In this document: positions 19,316-28,805 of the stretch, piece by piece
Layout: each line of letters begins with the position of its first letter
How positions within the stretch are numbered: the first letter of the stretch is position 1
Translations under genes and position numbers: made by a program
The notes under the pieces: generated by a model
What the model was told of the DNA's origin: nothing
The model's input: the letters and a program-made list of their open reading frames with translations, nothing else
Database searches by the model: none
NCBI GenBank assembly: GCA_050250895.1
Contig: JBFWNU010000008.1
Coordinates: 305,397-369,396, forward strand
From: Vulcanimicrobiota bacterium
GTDB taxonomy: Bacteria; Vulcanimicrobiota; Xenobia; Xenobiales; JADMJV01
Length of the DNA: 64,000 bases
Reading direction: 5' to 3'

Positions 19316-21120
19316 TCGGAATTCCCGTCAAGATGCTCAACGAGCGCATCGAGACCAAACTCGACCCCGACACGCTGGTCGAGAAGCTGCAGTATCTCGG
19401 TTGCGACGTCGAAGGCTATGCGACTCTACGTCGCTTCGGCTGTGCCAATTGCGACAATCTGATGGAGATCACGCCCACCGAGAATCCGCCGGTGGTCTGC
19501 GATGCCTGCGGTCAAGACTTCAAAGCCGCTCCCGACAAGCTCGAAGAGTTGGGCGAGACCGAGGTCATCCGTATGGAGCTCCTGGCTGTGCGTCCTGACA
19601 TGTTCGACCCGGGCGGTCTAGCCCGGGTGCTACGCAACTATCTGGGCGAAAGCGACGTACCGGCTCGCTACGAGCCGGGCACCTCCCGACTGACGGTGAC
19701 GGTGGCTAACGAGCTGTCCAGGCCCGAGTCTTATCGTCCTCGCATCGCTTGCGCGGTGGTGCGGGGCGTGACCCTCGACGATGACATCATCAAGGTCATC
19801 ATGAAGCTGCAAGAGAACCTGCACTGGGCCCTCGGCCGTGACCGCAAACGCGCCTCCATTGGTGTTTACGACCTCGACACCCTCGAAGGCGACATTCGCT
19901 ACACCAGCATCGGTCCTGAGGAACGCACCTTCGTGCCCCTGGGCACCGATACTCCTCACACCCCCAGGGAAGTGCTCGAGAAGCACCCTAAAGGAGTGGC
20001 TTACGCCCGCCTGCTCAAGAGCCACCAGCGCTATCCGTTGCTGATCGACTCCCAAGATCAGGTATTGTCGATGCCGCCCATTATCAACTCGGAAGAGACT
20101 CGCATCACCCGCTCTTCCAAGAACTTCTTCATCGATGTCACCGGAACCGAAGAGCGGATCGTCAACAAGACCCTCAACACCCTGGTCACCAGTCTGCTCG
20201 AGCTTGACCCCAAGGCTCGCCTGGAACAGGTCAAGATCGCTTATCCCGACCAGACGGTGGCCACGCCTGATCTCGCTCCCCAGCAGGTGCGCCTGCGGCC
20301 CGAGCGCGCCGGGCAGACCATTGGGGTCGACCTTGACCGGGCGGGCGTGGTGCAAAAGCTAAAAGCCATGGGCCATGGCGTCGAAGATGGGGGAGAAGAG
20401 CTGGTGGTGTCGGTGCCGGCCTATCGTAACGACATCATGCACGAGATCGACCTGATCGAAGACGTGGCTATCGCTTACGGCTATCACAACATCGTGACCA
20501 GCCTGGTGCCGACCCTGACGGTCGGCAAGGAGCAACCCATCGAGGCTTTTTCGAATATCGTGCGGCGGGCAATGACCGGCATGGGCTATTTCGAAGTGCT
20601 GACCTTGATCTTGTCTAACGAAGAGAACCAGTTCACCCGGCTCGGGCTCGAGCCGGTCGAGGACTATGTCAAGCTCGACAACCCCATCAGCGTCGAGCAG
20701 ACCATGATCCGGCGCAGCCTCCTGCCTGGATTGCTCGACACCTTTGCCGCCAATATCGACCATGAGTTGCCGCAGCGCATCTTCGAGGTGGGCAACGCTA
20801 GTCAGCTCGACGAGGCGGTCGAGACCCGGTCCCGCGAGCGGCGCTTGCTGGCCGGAGCCGCCATCGGCCCTCGCGTCGACTATTCCGAGATTCGCTCCAG
20901 TTGCGAGGCTTTGCTGCGCGAGCTTGGCTATCGACTCGAGGTCGAGCCCCGTTCGGGCGCACCGTTTATTCCCGGCCGTGGGGCCACGGTCATGGCCGTT
21001 CGCGGCGATCAGAAGAGGGTCGTCGGCCAGATGGGCGAGGTGCATCCCGAGGTGCTCGAACAGTACAAGTTGGCCCACCCGGTCTCGTTCTTCGAGGTCG
21101 AGCTCGAACTCCTCAGCTGA
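19306..21120 (+). CDS. pheT: Phenylalanine-tRNA ligase beta subunit, archaeal/eukaryotic type
   Basis: 604 aa; RPD, RKRASIGVYD, SMPPIINSE and YRNDIMHEIDLIEDVAIAYGY; ends after the catalytic-like domain; SD GAAGGAG. Confidence 0.95.
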   Translation: MPVIGIPVKMLNERIETKLDPDTLVEKLQYLGCDVEGYATLRRFGCANCDNLMEITPTENPPVVCDACGQDFKAAPDKLEELGETEVIRMELLAVRPDMFDPGGLARVLRNYLGESDVPARYEPGTSRLTVTVANELSRPESYRPRIACAVVRGVTLDDDIIKVIMKLQENLHWALGRDRKRASIGVYDLDTLEGDIRYTSIGPEERTFVPLGTDTPHTPREVLEKHPKGVAYARLLKSHQRYPLLIDSQDQVLSMPPIINSEETRITRSSKNFFIDVTGTEERIVNKTLNTLVTSLLELDPKARLEQVKIAYPDQTVATPDLAPQQVRLRPERAGQTIGVDLDRAGVVQKLKAMGHGVEDGGEELVVSVPAYRNDIMHEIDLIEDVAIAYGYHNIVTSLVPTLTVGKEQPIEAFSNIVRRAMTGMGYFEVLTLILSNEENQFTRLGLEPVEDYVKLDNPISVEQTMIRRSLLPGLLDTFAANIDHELPQRIFEVGNASQLDEAVETRSRERRLLAGAAIGPRVDYSEIRSSCEALLRELGYRLEVEPRSGAPFIPGRGATVMAVRGDQKRVVGQMGEVHPEVLEQYKLAHPVSFFEVELELLS

Positions 21121-21174
21121 GATGGGCGGTTTGCAAGGCGGGGCCCGGCCGAGCGAAGCCCCGGCGGTCTCACC

Positions 21175-21625
21175 GAACCCCGCGATTATCGGGGTGAACC
21201 CCTGAAATCGGCCTTCACCCCGCGATTTCTCGGGGTGAACCCCTGAAATCGGCCTTCACCCCGCGATTTCTCGGGGTGAACCCCCGAAATAGACCTTCAC
21301 CCCGCGATTCTCGGGGTGAACCCCGCCTCAGACCCGCCAGGCCCGGCACGCCCGGCTCAGCCTGGGCAAGACCGCGGCCCGCCAGCTAGGCCAAACCCCG
21401 GCGGCTTCACACCGCGATTTCTCGGGGTGAACCCCCGAAATCGCCCTTCACCCCGCGATTTCTCGGGGTGAACCCCCGAAATCGCCCTTCACCCCGCGAT
21501 TCTCGGGGTGAACCCCCGCCGCCGCCAGCCCAGCCAGCCCAAGCCAGTCCAGCCAGCCGGACGGGTGAACCCCGCCGCAGACCCGCCAGACCCGGCACGC
21601 CCAGCTCAGCCTGGGCAAGACCGCG
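21175..21625. repeat. Tandem array of 41-nt palindromic units in two blocks (4+3), plus a duplicated ~60-nt tail
   Basis: Unit CCTTCACCCCGCGATTTCTCGGGGTGAACCCC(T/C)GAAATCG(G/C) at about 21177 (partial), 21212, 21253, 21294, 21405, 21445 and 21486; 21315-21375 is repeated at 21563-21624. Confidence 0.95.
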
Positions 21626-21846
21626 TCTCGCCCGGCCCGCACGCAGACCCCCCAGGCCCAGCAGACCCGGCAGGCCCGCCAACTGGAGGAGCCCCAGGTC
21701 CGGCCAGCCCGGCCCAAGGCCCTGGGTTTGGCCGCTGGCTTGGTCAACTGGGGCACTAGCGCGGCACTCTCGATATGCCTCGCCGCGGTCGAATAGCCCA
21801 GGACAATCATGCAATGCATCGAACCTGAGATAGGGGAGGTTCGCCT

Positions 21847-24129
21847 ATGACTCGCAAAGGCATTGCTCTCGTCTATGTCCTGATGATTTGCGCCGTGCTC
21901 ACGGCCTTTTTGGGAGCGCTCTTCGTGAGGGTCAGCCAATCGCTCCAGATGGCTACCTTCAACCAGGACCATGTGCGCGCTTCCCACGTGTCTCAGTTGG
22001 GGCTCGACCTGGCTTTCGTGTTGATGCGCGATGTCAATGCCGAGTGGTTCAAGTCGCTCCCTAGCTCGGTCGAGAATACCGATCCCTACTTCAATGACGA
22101 GTTCACCGATGAAACCATCGGCGGCCACTTCACCCTCCAGTTCAAGGACCCCGACGAGGTCCCGGGCGCCAACCTGGCCTTGCCCAATGAGGGTACCTAT
22201 AAGATTCTGGTGAGCACTGGGCGGGCGGGGCGCAGCACGGTGCGCTCGTTCGCCTACGTCAAGGTGACCAATCCTATCGTCAATTTTCTGATGGTCTCGC
22301 AGAATGTGAAGATCGGGCCCGAGGTGGATGTGGATGGACCCATGTTCATCAACGGAGACGCTCGCGTGATGCATGCCGGTCGCAACCCCGGAACGCCGGT
22401 CGGCATCTCGGGCTACTGGGGCGGCGATTTGAGCCTGGCCGGCGAGATTCACGCCACGGGAGACATCTACATTCGCAACTTTGATTCGGCCGTCACGCCC
22501 CTGATTGCGCCGGTTACCCTCGAAGGAGAATACCCGGCCAAGACTTTCCAGCATCTGGATATGGACCCACCGGTCGGCATTCCCGGGCAGATCCATATCC
22601 AGGCGGGATTCTGCGCCGACCCGCAAGCGGATTTTGCCGTCCATAGCCCGACCATGCGCGAGTTGCTCACCAACTATCAGCTCGAAGCCACGCACATGAC
22701 CCACTCCGATACGGTGGAGGTTCCAGCGGAAGGTCTGCTGCTCGAGTTTGACGGCGGCAAAGCCGTTTGTACACCGGTGAAGACCCGAGAGGTCGGCAAG
22801 CTGTTCGACCGGGGAGCGGTGCTTGACGCCTACGGCGTGGGCCACACCGGTCCGTATCCCTACGATGGCAACCTGATGACTTATATGGCCGAAGACGAAT
22901 ACCCCGGCAACGGCTTGAACCATTTGCTGGACGAAGTCGCCTGGGACGATCCCCAGTTCGCCAACGAGACCTACCCTGTCGCTCTACAGTCGGGCACCTT
23001 CTCGGGGCCGTCCGGTTCGATCACTTTTCCCACTGCCACCGAAGGGGACGCTTTTCCCGTCTATCGTATCGTCCGGGATAACGACCCCCTGGCCAGCCAG
23101 ACCGTCACGATCAATACGTCGGGCGACGGAGACGATTGGCACTTTATCATCCTTCACCCCAAGACTGGCTATCAGCACGATATGCTCAACTACGACCCCG
23201 ACGATCCCGGCCTGCCCAGCCCGATGAAGGCCTTTCCGCCGGTTTATGTCAGGGGAATCCTGGATGGTCGCGTGGTTTTGATCTACGATGTTCCCAACTC
23301 TCTGTGGGATCCGCTCACGGACGAGTTGCCAGCGGCGGAAGCGGCCTGGAACGGCTACCCGGGCTTGCACCTTTACGTCCTCGCCCAACACGAGATGAGC
23401 GACGACAGCCCCTCGAACCACCTCTCGCGGCCAATCCCCGGCGGCATCCACTACGCCAATAAGCAGATCAAATCGAGCCCCGGCCCCGATCCCGCCACCT
23501 TCACCAACGATGGCCTGATTATGGTCAGCCGGGGCACCCTGGGAGCCTTCGGCACCCACGGCCACTTTTTTTCGCATCTCTATCGGGGCGAGACGCTCTA
23601 CAACTATCGCAAGGCCCTCTGGGAGGCTGACGCGGACATGGTGACCCGCTACGGCGGCGGAACCTGGGATCAGGACTTTCGCATCGTCGGGTCGACCAAC
23701 ACCTGGTTCAACCAGCAGGCGGTGGCCACAATCTATGGGGTGGGCGTGTCCAACTGGACGCTCAACAACTTCTTTCGCCCCCATTACGCCGATCCGAGCG
23801 CTACCCAACTGGTGGCCAAGACCCATCCTCAGTTTGCCCATACCTGGGATGACGTCTGGCGCTGGAACGCCCTCAACCTGTCCTCCACCCCCCCGGGGGT
23901 GAACACCACCAAGTGTCCTCTGGTGGCCAGCATCATGCGGCGGGCCCGCATCGACGAGGCCTGGAAGTGGCGCGTGCGAGGCAGCCTGCACAGTCTCAAC
24001 ACCGAGGTGGGCCTGGCCGGGGAGCTTGACTTTGATTACTCGTTTCAAGAGTTGACCGACGACCAGATCAAGGAGCAGTTGCATCTGCCGCTGGGGCCGA
24101 TCCTGTTGCGCAAGATGGGCACTCCGTGA
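21847..24129 (+). CDS. Large PilX-like N-terminal pilus assembly/adhesin protein
   Basis: RKG-IALVYVL type III signal-like N-terminus lacking E5, PilX-like A...S..GLD.A helix and ..STGRAG motif; SD GGGGAGG. Confidence 0.7.
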   Translation: MTRKGIALVYVLMICAVLTAFLGALFVRVSQSLQMATFNQDHVRASHVSQLGLDLAFVLMRDVNAEWFKSLPSSVENTDPYFNDEFTDETIGGHFTLQFKDPDEVPGANLALPNEGTYKILVSTGRAGRSTVRSFAYVKVTNPIVNFLMVSQNVKIGPEVDVDGPMFINGDARVMHAGRNPGTPVGISGYWGGDLSLAGEIHATGDIYIRNFDSAVTPLIAPVTLEGEYPAKTFQHLDMDPPVGIPGQIHIQAGFCADPQADFAVHSPTMRELLTNYQLEATHMTHSDTVEVPAEGLLLEFDGGKAVCTPVKTREVGKLFDRGAVLDAYGVGHTGPYPYDGNLMTYMAEDEYPGNGLNHLLDEVAWDDPQFANETYPVALQSGTFSGPSGSITFPTATEGDAFPVYRIVRDNDPLASQTVTINTSGDGDDWHFIILHPKTGYQHDMLNYDPDDPGLPSPMKAFPPVYVRGILDGRVVLIYDVPNSLWDPLTDELPAAEAAWNGYPGLHLYVLAQHEMSDDSPSNHLSRPIPGGIHYANKQIKSSPGPDPATFTNDGLIMVSRGTLGAFGTHGHFFSHLYRGETLYNYRKALWEADADMVTRYGGGTWDQDFRIVGSTNTWFNQQAVATIYGVGVSNWTLNNFFRPHYADPSATQLVAKTHPQFAHTWDDVWRWNALNLSSTPPGVNTTKCPLVASIMRRARIDEAWKWRVRGSLHSLNTEVGLAGELDFDYSFQELTDDQIKEQLHLPLGPILLRKMGTP

Positions 24130-24560
24130 GGCGCCGACGAGCCCTGACCCTCATCGAGGTGGTGATCTCCCTGGGCATTCTGGCTCTGGTGGTGGGCTCG
24201 GTGGTGCTGGTCTATTCGGGCCTCCTGGCGGCCACTCGCACCGCCGACAACAATCAAGAGGCGGTGGCCGCCCTGACCACGGTTTGTGACGTGTGGAAGA
24301 TTCGGCTGCGCGAAGATTGGCCCGTCGATCCGCCTCCCGACCCCGGTCTGCTCACGTATCCGGGGCAGTTGCGCGACTTCACCTACCAGGTCGACGACTA
24401 CGGGCGAGTCAACAGCCCCGAAGCCGACAGCTTTCCCGACGGCGACGCCCGCCAGTATCTCAACCTCAAGCGGGTCGTGGTCATCCTGAAATTCCAGGAT
24501 GAGACGGTCACCCCGCCGCGGGAGCGGACTTTATCTACCATCTTTTATGTCGGTCACTGA
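24126..24560 (+). CDS. Prepilin-type N-terminal cleavage/methylation protein (PilV-like)
   Basis: RRRA-LTLIEVVISL. Confidence 0.85.
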   Translation: MRRRRALTLIEVVISLGILALVVGSVVLVYSGLLAATRTADNNQEAVAALTTVCDVWKIRLREDWPVDPPPDPGLLTYPGQLRDFTYQVDDYGRVNSPEADSFPDGDARQYLNLKRVVVILKFQDETVTPPRERTLSTIFYVGH

Positions 24561-25101
24561 TTCCAAGCGAGGCTTGACCCTGATCGAGTTGCTGATTTCG
24601 GCCAGCATCCTGTTGTTGATCACGACCATGGTCTTTCTGGTGATGGTGCCTTTGATGCGCCAGGCCCAGCCGGGCGATGACAAGCAAGAGAACATCCAGC
24701 GTTTGATCTTCTTGCGACGCTACCTGGATACACGCCTCAACGGCGCCCGGGTGCTGGCGGTGGACACCTACGGCCTCGACTATTACGTGCCCGAGCGGGT
24801 GGATACCGACCTGGGCCGCCTGGACGCTCTCACCCATGCCGACATGGTGCGTTGGGACTATAGCGTTCGCTATCGCGTCACGACGGTAGACCGGGGCGGG
24901 GACATGGTCGTGGTCGACGGCCCGGAACTAGCCCCCGAGACGGGTCGCTCGATTTGGAACCTGGGCCCCGGCGGAGAATTGACCTTCGAACCCAAGCTGC
25001 CCCTGGTCACTCTCACCGCCCGCAGCCTGAAGGGTCAGTATGGCGGCGGGATCTGGCAACGCCAGGTAGATATCGTGATCAAGCACTATTCGCCGGACTG
25101 A
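24547..25101 (+). CDS. Prepilin-type minor pilin (PilW/GspJ-like)
   Basis: KRG-LTLIELLIS from ATG 24547. Confidence 0.85.
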   Translation: MSVTDSKRGLTLIELLISASILLLITTMVFLVMVPLMRQAQPGDDKQENIQRLIFLRRYLDTRLNGARVLAVDTYGLDYYVPERVDTDLGRLDALTHADMVRWDYSVRYRVTTVDRGGDMVVVDGPELAPETGRSIWNLGPGGELTFEPKLPLVTLTARSLKGQYGGGIWQRQVDIVIKHYSPD

Positions 25102-26321
25102 TGCCGACCTATTCGTTTCAGGCTAAAGACCGCTCCGGTGCGCGGGTGGCGGGACGGGTCATCGAGGCCGATGAAGCCCAGGCCCGGGCCCGCCTCGAAA
25201 AGACTCGTCCCGACCTTTGCGAACTGGTGGTGCGTCGCGATTATGCGGCCGTGCCGGGCGAGTTGGCCAATCTGGTGCGTCCCGTTCCCGGGACCGAGGT
25301 CGCCACCTTCCTCCGCCAACTCTGGCTCATGTTCCGAGCCGGAGTCCAGCTGACCCGGGCCATCGCCATCCTGCGCGACGGGTATCCTAACCATCGCCTT
25401 CGCGAGGCTCTCTATGAGGTCGATCGAAATCTCCAGGAAGGGCACGCTCTCTCGCAAGCCATGAGCCGGTTTCCGGGAATCTTTCCCGGAGAAATCTGTG
25501 GTCTGGTCAAGGTTGGGGAGGCCACCGGTCAGATGGAGGATGTGCTGGACTTTGCCGCGCGTTTGATGGAAGAGAACGACCAGCGCCTGCGGCGAGTCAA
25601 GAGCGCGCTCACCTATCCGACTTTCATCCTGATTGTCTCGGTGTTGATGTGTGGCTCGCTGTTGCTATTCTTCGTCCCTCGCATGGCCGACGTGATGCGA
25701 ATGATTCCCGGCGAGATGTCGACTCCGGTGCTGGTCTTGCTGACCCTGTCAAGCTTTCTCTCCAATCGGGTGGTGGTGTTCACCATTTGCCTGAGCACCC
25801 TGTTGGGTCTGGTGGGAGCCTGGTTGTGGAGTCAGACGGCCCGGGGCAAGCGCTGGTGGGACGGTTTCTTGTTGACCTTTCCCATCACTCGACCCCTGAT
25901 TCGCCATCTCTCCATGGCCAGGGTCGCCTTCGGGCTGCACCTGATGGTTGGCTGCGGCCTCAGTCTGACCCAATCGCTCACCCTGATCACCGAGGGAATG
26001 CCCAGTTACCGCGTGAGCGAGGCTCTCGGTCGGGTCCGGGAGCGGGTGGTCGAAGGCGAGGGGCTGGGGGTTTCGATGGCTGACGAACCTCTCTTTGGGC
26101 AGGCCGTGCTGGTGCAGATGGTCGAGGTGGCCGAAGAATCATCTTCGCTGGACACGCTGATGCATCGGGCCTATCTCTTCCACCGCGATCAGCTCGAGAG
26201 CAGTCTCGATACCCTGACGGCCCTGGTCGAGCCGATCATCATGGCTGGTATGGGGCTGGTGGTGGGGGGAATGGTGATCACCTTCATGCTACCCCTGGTT
26301 CGGCTGGTGCAGACCCTTTGA
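25101..26321 (+). CDS. pilC: Type II secretion/type IV pilus platform protein (GspF/PilC family)
   Basis: MPTYSFQAKD, RQL..M.RAG, GEATG, ALTYP and LVEPIIM. Confidence 0.88.
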   Translation: MPTYSFQAKDRSGARVAGRVIEADEAQARARLEKTRPDLCELVVRRDYAAVPGELANLVRPVPGTEVATFLRQLWLMFRAGVQLTRAIAILRDGYPNHRLREALYEVDRNLQEGHALSQAMSRFPGIFPGEICGLVKVGEATGQMEDVLDFAARLMEENDQRLRRVKSALTYPTFILIVSVLMCGSLLLFFVPRMADVMRMIPGEMSTPVLVLLTLSSFLSNRVVVFTICLSTLLGLVGAWLWSQTARGKRWWDGFLLTFPITRPLIRHLSMARVAFGLHLMVGCGLSLTQSLTLITEGMPSYRVSEALGRVRERVVEGEGLGVSMADEPLFGQAVLVQMVEVAEESSSLDTLMHRAYLFHRDQLESSLDTLTALVEPIIMAGMGLVVGGMVITFMLPLVRLVQTL

Positions 26322-26794
26322 GAGCGCTCCTCGTGTGCCTGCTTTGGCTGGCCGGTTCGGGGCTGGCGGTGGCTCAGCGGTCCGGCTCGGTCCTGGCTCC
26401 GGAACCGGGGCGCAAGATGCCCCCGCTGGTGGGACAATCGGCCCGCACTGCTGGCTATAAACTCGAGGGCTTTCGGGTCCGACTCGTCGAGGTGCAGGTC
26501 GATCGCGGTGAGGGCAAGATTTTGTTCCAAAATCCGGCTCCCGGGTCTCCCCTGACCCGGGACCGTGAAATCGTTCTGCACGTGGGGGTCGCTCGCCAGC
26601 AAGTCTTGTTGCCCGACTATGAAAGCGAGGCCAGAGTGCCCAGGCATCCGCCCTCCAAATGGACCGGTCCCCTGTGCCTGCTCGTCTTGCTAGCCTTTAG
26701 CGTGGGGCTGGTGCAGATGGTGCGGCGCTGGCGGCCCGAAGACTGGGAGGCGGTGGAGAGCCCTCGGGTCGAACTCGACGAGAAGTCGGGCTAG
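26318..26794 (+). CDS. PASTA-domain membrane-anchored protein
   Basis: Signal peptide, MPPLVGQS...GKILFQNPAPGS...IVLHV, and a C-terminal TM. Confidence 0.7.
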   Translation: MRALLVCLLWLAGSGLAVAQRSGSVLAPEPGRKMPPLVGQSARTAGYKLEGFRVRLVEVQVDRGEGKILFQNPAPGSPLTRDREIVLHVGVARQQVLLPDYESEARVPRHPPSKWTGPLCLLVLLAFSVGLVQMVRRWRPEDWEAVESPRVELDEKSG

Positions 26795-28776
26795 GCGAAG
26801 AGTCGGTCCAGGGTTGAAGTCAGATCTTCGAGTTGGCCATAGGCCGAGAACAGCATCGAGCCGTAGGCCGCTGCCGTTTGCAGGGCCAGGTCGTAGCCGG
26901 CGATGTAACAGTAGTAGTAGGTGGACTTGTTCTTGCCGTAGCCAGTGGTTCGTTGGCCGGACTGGGCCTTGAGCGCGGCCACTCGCTCGGCCAATTCTTT
27001 CGCGTAGTAATAGGCTCTGAGTTCGGTCGTCTCGGTCACGGCTTGCTCGAACTCCTGATAGGCCTTGTCTCGGAGGTAGGTCTGGCGCTCTCTGAGCGTG
27101 TCAACCTGGCTCGCTTCTGCGCTAACCGCCTTCTCGGCTTCGCTCTGAGTGAAGATGTTGAGCTTGTCCCAGGTGCTGACCTGACGTTGGGCACTTTGGA
27201 GTTTTCTCTGGCCCTGCTGGATGGATTCGTCGAGAGCGGCCGCTTGCGCTTGCAGGTCCTTGACCCGTTGGCCCACCCGCTGGGCCAGATAGCCAACGGC
27301 TTTGCCCGGCTTGAAGGGGCCGTCATAGGGCTCGGCCGAGTTCATGTGATACATCAGCGTGCGAAGTTCGCCGGGCAGGTTCTCGGCTTCGAAGGGGCCG
27401 GCCACGCGTTGATACATCTCGTCGGCGGCGGCCACTGCCGCAGCCTTGTTCCGCAGCGGGCAGTTGCGACGAATGGAAGTCTCTCCCTTGGGAGTCGAAA
27501 CCGACTGTAGGGCCGCCCGGGCCACCAGGAAGTCATCTTGAAGTCGGTAGCCGGGGTCGAGGCGGCGCTCGCCCCGGGCCAGCGCCAGGAACTCGTCCCA
27601 ACGAGTCCGCATGACGACTCGCTGGGACGCGGTGGCCTGTTCGAAAACGCCCTCGAGGGCTTCGTCGGGAGTGTCAGACCAGAAGACCAGACGGTCGATC
27701 AGCTTGATGCGCGAACGGATGGCTTCGAGGGCCAGCTGCAGGCCGACTAGAGCCTGGGTAGCCACGATGACTTCGTCCAACGGAGTCTGCAGGTCTACGG
27801 TGAAGGGGCTGAGGCCACGGACCGGCTCCGGGGCAGGTTGCTGGAGCAATTCAGAAGGAAAGGGCACCTCGGGATAGCTGGCCTGGAACGCCTCGAGCAG
27901 CTGTCGGTGCAGCGCCACCACCAGCGTCGAGAGAGTAATCCCTCCTCGACTCAGAGCGTTGCCGCGTTCGTCGAGCCGATAGGCCACGGCCACCTGGCAC
28001 TCGGCTAGCGCCGCTTCCAAGAGCAAGAACGAGCAATAGACCCGCAGGGCCGGGTCGGCGCTCATGGCCTGCACCAGCAGTCCGTGCACCTCGGCCAGAG
28101 CCTGATTGCGATTCTCGATCAACTCTGGTTTGGGTTGACCCTGGGCAAATTCTTGTTCCAGCCAGATCAGGTGCGAGGCGTGCGAGCTGAAATCGAGGGC
28201 GGCCAGGCGGCGAGCCACAGCCTGGATGAGCCCGTCGTGACTGTCGGAGGCCAATTTGGGGTTCTCCAGGTGGTCGGTCACTCGCGCCACCAGAGCGTGC
28301 AGGTCTAGACCCGGCAGAACGCTCTCGCGAAAGCTCTGCCGGATGGCCTCGAGGTCGGCTCGCACCCGGGCCTGCAGCTTTTCTCTACGGTGGCGCTGGG
28401 CCGCGGCTTGCTGGCCCAGGCGGGGCAGGTCAGGGTCGTCCAGCAGCAGATTCAAGTGGTCACGCCAGCTTTCGAGACGAGTGCTCACGCCAAAGAGAGG
28501 GAATTCCCGGGCTGCCTCGCGCACGAACTCATGGATGGTGCGCTCAAGGTCTCGCCGTTGCTGGCGCAGTTCCTCTAGTTCGGCCTTGACCTCTTGCTCT
28601 CGGGCTTCGTCGGGGCTGTCCACAAAGAAGATCAGTCGGTCGTGAAAGGGGATTCGCTGGGTCAGTTCTTGCAGTTCGCGCTCGAGACGGGGAATTCGAC
28701 GGCCGTCCTCGGCCTGCTGGCGCCAGGCCGCCTCGGTCTGTTTGGAGAGGCGTTGCTTGAGAATTTCTCGCATCAT
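26791..28776 (-). CDS. Coiled-coil hypothetical protein with three internal repeats
   Basis: 661 aa; repeats IPFHDRLIFFVDSPDEA, IKLIDRLVFWSDTPDEA and VSTWDKLNIFTQSEAEK. Confidence 0.8.
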   Translation of the reverse strand: MMREILKQRLSKQTEAAWRQQAEDGRRIPRLERELQELTQRIPFHDRLIFFVDSPDEAREQEVKAELEELRQQRRDLERTIHEFVREAAREFPLFGVSTRLESWRDHLNLLLDDPDLPRLGQQAAAQRHRREKLQARVRADLEAIRQSFRESVLPGLDLHALVARVTDHLENPKLASDSHDGLIQAVARRLAALDFSSHASHLIWLEQEFAQGQPKPELIENRNQALAEVHGLLVQAMSADPALRVYCSFLLLEAALAECQVAVAYRLDERGNALSRGGITLSTLVVALHRQLLEAFQASYPEVPFPSELLQQPAPEPVRGLSPFTVDLQTPLDEVIVATQALVGLQLALEAIRSRIKLIDRLVFWSDTPDEALEGVFEQATASQRVVMRTRWDEFLALARGERRLDPGYRLQDDFLVARAALQSVSTPKGETSIRRNCPLRNKAAAVAAADEMYQRVAGPFEAENLPGELRTLMYHMNSAEPYDGPFKPGKAVGYLAQRVGQRVKDLQAQAAALDESIQQGQRKLQSAQRQVSTWDKLNIFTQSEAEKAVSAEASQVDTLRERQTYLRDKAYQEFEQAVTETTELRAYYYAKELAERVAALKAQSGQRTTGYGKNKSTYYYCYIAGYDLALQTAAAYGSMLFSAYGQLEDLTSTLDRLFA

Positions 28777-28805
28777 TAGCGGCTTCTGGGTCGAATTGGT
28801 CGTTC

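Noticed and set aside
21175-21520. Canonical CRISPR array
   Set aside because: Inter-repeat segments are only about 10 nt and nearly identical; no leader or cas genes are in the window.
21407-21833. ORFs across the repeat region
   Set aside because: Low-complexity translations of the repeats on both strands, with no protein-like features.
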